Below, one piece after another: positions 48,590 through 51,778 of a stretch of DNA of 51,778 bases. The position numbers were made by a program, and so were the translations under genes. Origin of the DNA: Pseudomonadota bacterium (lineage in GTDB: Bacteria > Pseudomonadota > Alphaproteobacteria > Caulobacterales > Caulobacteraceae). The DNA is taken from positions 1-51,778 of the forward strand of contig JAFEDM010000515.1 in NCBI GenBank assembly GCA_018241625.1, written 5' to 3'. How positions within the stretch are numbered: the first letter of the stretch is position 1; each line of letters begins with the position of its first letter. Below the pieces are notes generated by a model. That model was not told the origin of the DNA. It saw nothing but the letters and a program-made list of their open reading frames with translations, and did no database searches.

Positions 48590-48631
48590 TGGAAACGTTT
48601 CCACTGTCGGGGGGGCGCCCGCGGATGTCAA
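48590..48631 (-). promoter_or_regulatory. Promoter with LacI operator for the enolase-DUF885 operon
   Basis: TGGAAACGTTTCCA at 48590-48603; minus-strand TTGACA at 48626-48631. Confidence 0.85.
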
Positions 48632-48696
48632 GTCGCGAGCCTCCGCGCCGGGACCGCGCACGGAGGGCGACTGGGAAGGCGGTGGATGGATCGGCC

Positions 48697-49260
48697 TCAG
48701 ATCTCCGCGGGCAAGCTGTCCTGCGGTTCCAGGTCATTGCGTAGCGCCGACCAGGTCGCGGGCGCCAAGGTGGCCGGCCCGACGACGACCACATCGCCGG
48801 TGCGCAGGCCGTGAAGGCGGTCCAGCCCGATCAACTGGTCGACGATCGAGGGGTTGTCCACCGCCAACGTCGGCCCCGAGGGGTCGAATTCATCCGCGGA
48901 GATCAGCACAGGGCCCAACGTCACCGCGCGGTCATCGGCGACGCGGGCCTCCAGGTAGCCGACCACGCAGCGTTCGGGCTTCTCGCCCCCCATCGGCGCG
49001 GCGCCGATCACGGCGGCGAGCAAGCTGCCTCCAGCGTCATGCGGCGCGCAGAACAGCCGGCGGAAGTGACGGTCCAGTGCGAAGTCCTCAGTGGGACGCC
49101 ACGCTTCGCGACGGCCGTTCAGGGGGAGCGCGGCCCGGCCCTCGCCGAAGGCGATGCGCGGCGCCCAGGCGCTCAGGGCGCCCGCCAGATGACGCATCTC
49201 CCGAGCGTCGGGGTCGAGCAGCGCCCAGTCGCAGGATGGACCGGGAGAGACGAACCTCAT
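48697..49260 (-). CDS. Short, degenerate FAH-fold-like hypothetical protein
   Basis: ATGA-coupled to the IOR stop; residual FAH-like segments LGPVLISADE and LRTGDVVVVG, but canonical metal motifs are absent. Confidence 0.55.
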   Translation of the reverse strand: MRFVSPGPSCDWALLDPDAREMRHLAGALSAWAPRIAFGEGRAALPLNGRREAWRPTEDFALDRHFRRLFCAPHDAGGSLLAAVIGAAPMGGEKPERCVVGYLEARVADDRAVTLGPVLISADEFDPSGPTLAVDNPSIVDQLIGLDRLHGLRTGDVVVVGPATLAPATWSALRNDLEPQDSLPAEI

Positions 49261-51778
49261 GCGTCGATCCTTTCCCGGATCGGCGGCGCCGGCAGAGACA
49301 CCTGCACCCTGTCCGACAGTCGGCGTCGAAGATCGGTCAGCCTGCGCCGGTAGGCCTCCAGCGACGCGGCCTTCACGTGCCCGTAGCCGCGGAGGCTCTG
49401 CGGCAGCTTCGCGAGTTCCAGCAGCACATCCGGCTCAGCCGTCTCGGCGTGGGCGACGACCTCCCCCAGGACCTCGAAGAACTGGTCGCGGACCTCGCGT
49501 TCCGCCCGGCGTTCCGCGGTCCGCCCAAAGGGATCGCACCAGCGCCCGCGCACGGGCTTGAAACGCGCCAGCAACGGCATCAGGCGCAGCATCCAGGGCC
49601 CGAACTCCTGCTTACGCGGATGGCCGGCGGCATCAACCCGGCCCAGGATCGGGGGCGCCAGGTTCAGGCTCAGGCGCGCTCCGGGACCGAATTCCGCCGC
49701 CACCGCCCTGGCGAACTCAGGGTCGGCGTAGAGCCGCGCCACCTCGTATTCGTCCTTATAGGCCATCAGCTTGTGCAGCGATCGCGCGGCCGCCAACGTC
49801 AGACTGCCCTGCCAGCGGCCGAGCGCCGCTTCCGCGGCTGCGATCGCGGCGATGGCGTCCGTGAACCGGTCCGCATAGGTGCGATCCTGGTAGCCGACCA
49901 GATCGTCCCGGAGCCGTTGGATCACCACTTGCGGCGCTTCGGACTCGGCCGGCGGCGGGGCGAAGACTTCGGGCCGGTCAGCGGTCAGCCGGCCCACCGC
50001 GAACGCCCGGCGGTTCTGATCGACGGCCGCACCGTTGAGCGTGATCGCCTTGTCCAGCGCCTCGAGGCTGAGCGGGACAAGCCCGCGCTGCCAGGCATGG
50101 CCCAGCAACAGCATGTTGGCGAAGATCGCATCGCCGAGATGCTCGACCGCGAGCCGCCCAGCGTCGAGATCGCCCCAGGTCTTCGCCCGGGCGCGCAGCC
50201 GGGCGATCATGCCCGCCCGATCGTATGCCAGGTCCCCGCGCACGGTGAATTCGGACGTGGCGCTCAGGGCGCCGTTCAGGATCACCGCGGTGCGCTCGGC
50301 GTTTAGGACCGCCGCGACCCCGGTGGTGTGGGCGACCACCATGTCGTTGGCGAGCAGCAGGTCGGCCTGCGCCTGGCCGATGCGCGGCCGCATGAGGGTC
50401 CCGGCGCCGCGCGCGAGGCGCAGGTGGGCGAAGACCCCGCCGCCCTTCTGCGCCATGCCCAGCATGTCCACGGATCGTACGGCCAGGCCGTCGATGTGGG
50501 CGGCCATCCCCAGGATCGCGGAGAGCGACGTCACGCCCTGCCCGCCGACCCCCGCCAGGACGATGTTGAAGGGCTGCAGTTCGAGCCTGAGCGGCGCCGG
50601 CGCCGGCAAGTCCGCGATCATTGGATCAAGGCCGCCCCGCGGCCGTCGCCGCGTCGCGCCGCGGACGGTGACGAAGCTCGGGCAGAAGCCTTTGCGACAG
50701 GACAAGTCGCTGTTGCAGGAAGACTGGTCGATGCGTCGCTTGCGCCCGAACGCCGTGTCCAGGGGCTCGATCGACACGCAATTCGACTGCGCCGAACAAT
50801 CTCCGCAGCCTTCGCAGACGCGCGGATTGATGAACATCCTCACGCCCGGGTCGGCGGCGAGCCCGCGTTTGCGGCGCCGGCGAAGCTCGGTCGCGCAGGT
50901 CTGGTCATAGACCAGGACGCTGACGCCCTGACGCTCGCGCAGGCGGCGCTGCACGGCGTCGAGCTGGTCGCGGTCCAGGACTTCGATGTCGGCCGCCAGC
51001 CCGCCCGCGGCCCGGGTGCGCGCGACGTCGTCGCTGACCACGACGATTTCACCCACGCCCTCGGCCGCCACCTGCCGGGCGAGGATCGCGACGGTCAGGG
51101 CGCCGTCGACGGCCTGGCCGCCGGTCATCGCGACCGCGTCGTTGTAGAGGATCTTGTAGGTGATGTTCACGCCGGCCGCGACGGCCTGACGGATGGCCAG
51201 GATCCCCGAGTGGAAATAGGTGCCGTCGCCGAGGTTGACGAAGACGTGCCGCTCGTCGGTGAAGGGCGCCTGACCGACCCACAAGACGCCTTCACCGCCC
51301 ATCTGGGTGAAGCCCAGGGTGTTCCGTGGCATCGTCTGGGCCATGTAATGACAGCCGATACCGGCCATCGCGCGGCTGCCGCTCGGCACGACGGTCGAGG
51401 TGTTGTGCGGACACCCTGAGCAGAAGAATGGCGCCCGCTCGTGCAGGCTGGCCGGCGGCGGCGCGCGCCGGGTCAGGGCCGCCATGCGGTCACGCATCAG
51501 CGGCGTGCGTTCACCTTCGGGGACAAGATCGTAGATCGCCCGGGCGATATCCTCGGCGGTCAGCTCACCGACGTCCTTGATCAGCGGACGCCCCTCGGCG
51601 TCGCGCTTGCCCAGGATGGTCGGGCGTTCGGCGAAGCCGTAGCAGACCTGCTTCAACTGGCTCTCGACCAGGTCGCGCCGCTCTTCGACCACCAGCACTG
51701 TCCGCAGGCCGCGGACGAAGGCCCGCGCGCCCTCGGGCTCCAGGGGCCAAACCAGGCCGGGCTTGTAGAGCCGCAGGC
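49257..51778 (-). CDS. Indolepyruvate ferredoxin oxidoreductase family protein (fused alpha/beta type), 5' end beyond the window
   Basis: FCSGCPHN, GIGCH, GDGTYFHSG, NDAVAMTGGQ, CEGCGDC ferredoxin motif, GVGGQG, GMAQKGG and YKDEYEVARL; the frame stays open to the window end. Confidence 0.94.
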   Translation of the reverse strand, partial: LRLYKPGLVWPLEPEGARAFVRGLRTVLVVEERRDLVESQLKQVCYGFAERPTILGKRDAEGRPLIKDVGELTAEDIARAIYDLVPEGERTPLMRDRMAALTRRAPPPASLHERAPFFCSGCPHNTSTVVPSGSRAMAGIGCHYMAQTMPRNTLGFTQMGGEGVLWVGQAPFTDERHVFVNLGDGTYFHSGILAIRQAVAAGVNITYKILYNDAVAMTGGQAVDGALTVAILARQVAAEGVGEIVVVSDDVARTRAAGGLAADIEVLDRDQLDAVQRRLRERQGVSVLVYDQTCATELRRRRKRGLAADPGVRMFINPRVCEGCGDCSAQSNCVSIEPLDTAFGRKRRIDQSSCNSDLSCRKGFCPSFVTVRGATRRRPRGGLDPMIADLPAPAPLRLELQPFNIVLAGVGGQGVTSLSAILGMAAHIDGLAVRSVDMLGMAQKGGGVFAHLRLARGAGTLMRPRIGQAQADLLLANDMVVAHTTGVAAVLNAERTAVILNGALSATSEFTVRGDLAYDRAGMIARLRARAKTWGDLDAGRLAVEHLGDAIFANMLLLGHAWQRGLVPLSLEALDKAITLNGAAVDQNRRAFAVGRLTADRPEVFAPPPAESEAPQVVIQRLRDDLVGYQDRTYADRFTDAIAAIAAAEAALGRWQGSLTLAAARSLHKLMAYKDEYEVARLYADPEFARAVAAEFGPGARLSLNLAPPILGRVDAAGHPRKQEFGPWMLRLMPLLARFKPVRGRWCDPFGRTAERRAEREVRDQFFEVLGEVVAHAETAEPDVLLELAKLPQSLRGYGHVKAASLEAYRRRLTDLRRRLSDRVQVSLPAPPIRERIDA

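Noticed and set aside
1-51778. Transposases, integrases, tRNA/rRNA, prophage or defence genes
   Set aside because: None recognisable by eye; essentially all coding space is accounted for by metabolic, transport and regulatory genes. Small ncRNAs cannot be excluded without an Rfam search.

Overview
High-GC alphaproteobacterial DNA (Caulobacteraceae/Sphingomonadales-like, judged from gene style; taxonomy is inferred). Almost the whole window is one catabolic island, flanked by a pyruvate/2-oxoacid dehydrogenase E1-E2 pair on the left and an indolepyruvate ferredoxin oxidoreductase on the right, each truncated by the window edge. The island encodes a TonB-dependent receptor, a split peptide/nickel-family ABC importer, LacI and IclR regulators, and parallel non-phosphorylative deoxy-sugar/sugar-acid enzymes: 2 mutarotases, 2 aldo-keto reductases, 2 lactonases, 3 enolase-family dehydratases, 2 SDRs, and FAH and DHDPS proteins. 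It also encodes two SelA/DgaE-like PLP enzymes (one Tat-exported), five alpha/beta hydrolases and six exported peptidase/amidase-like proteins, but no recognisable glycosidase or sugar kinase. Two operator families read directly from the DNA tie these genes together: a LacI-type palindrome TGGAAACGTTTCCA and a 14-bp motif tandemly arrayed at about 20 bp (probably IclR). Working hypothesis: an undescribed system for scavenging N-acylated/aminoacylated (deoxy)amino-sugar or sugar-peptide conjugates. A palindromic REP-like element is also embedded in frame in the E2 linker.
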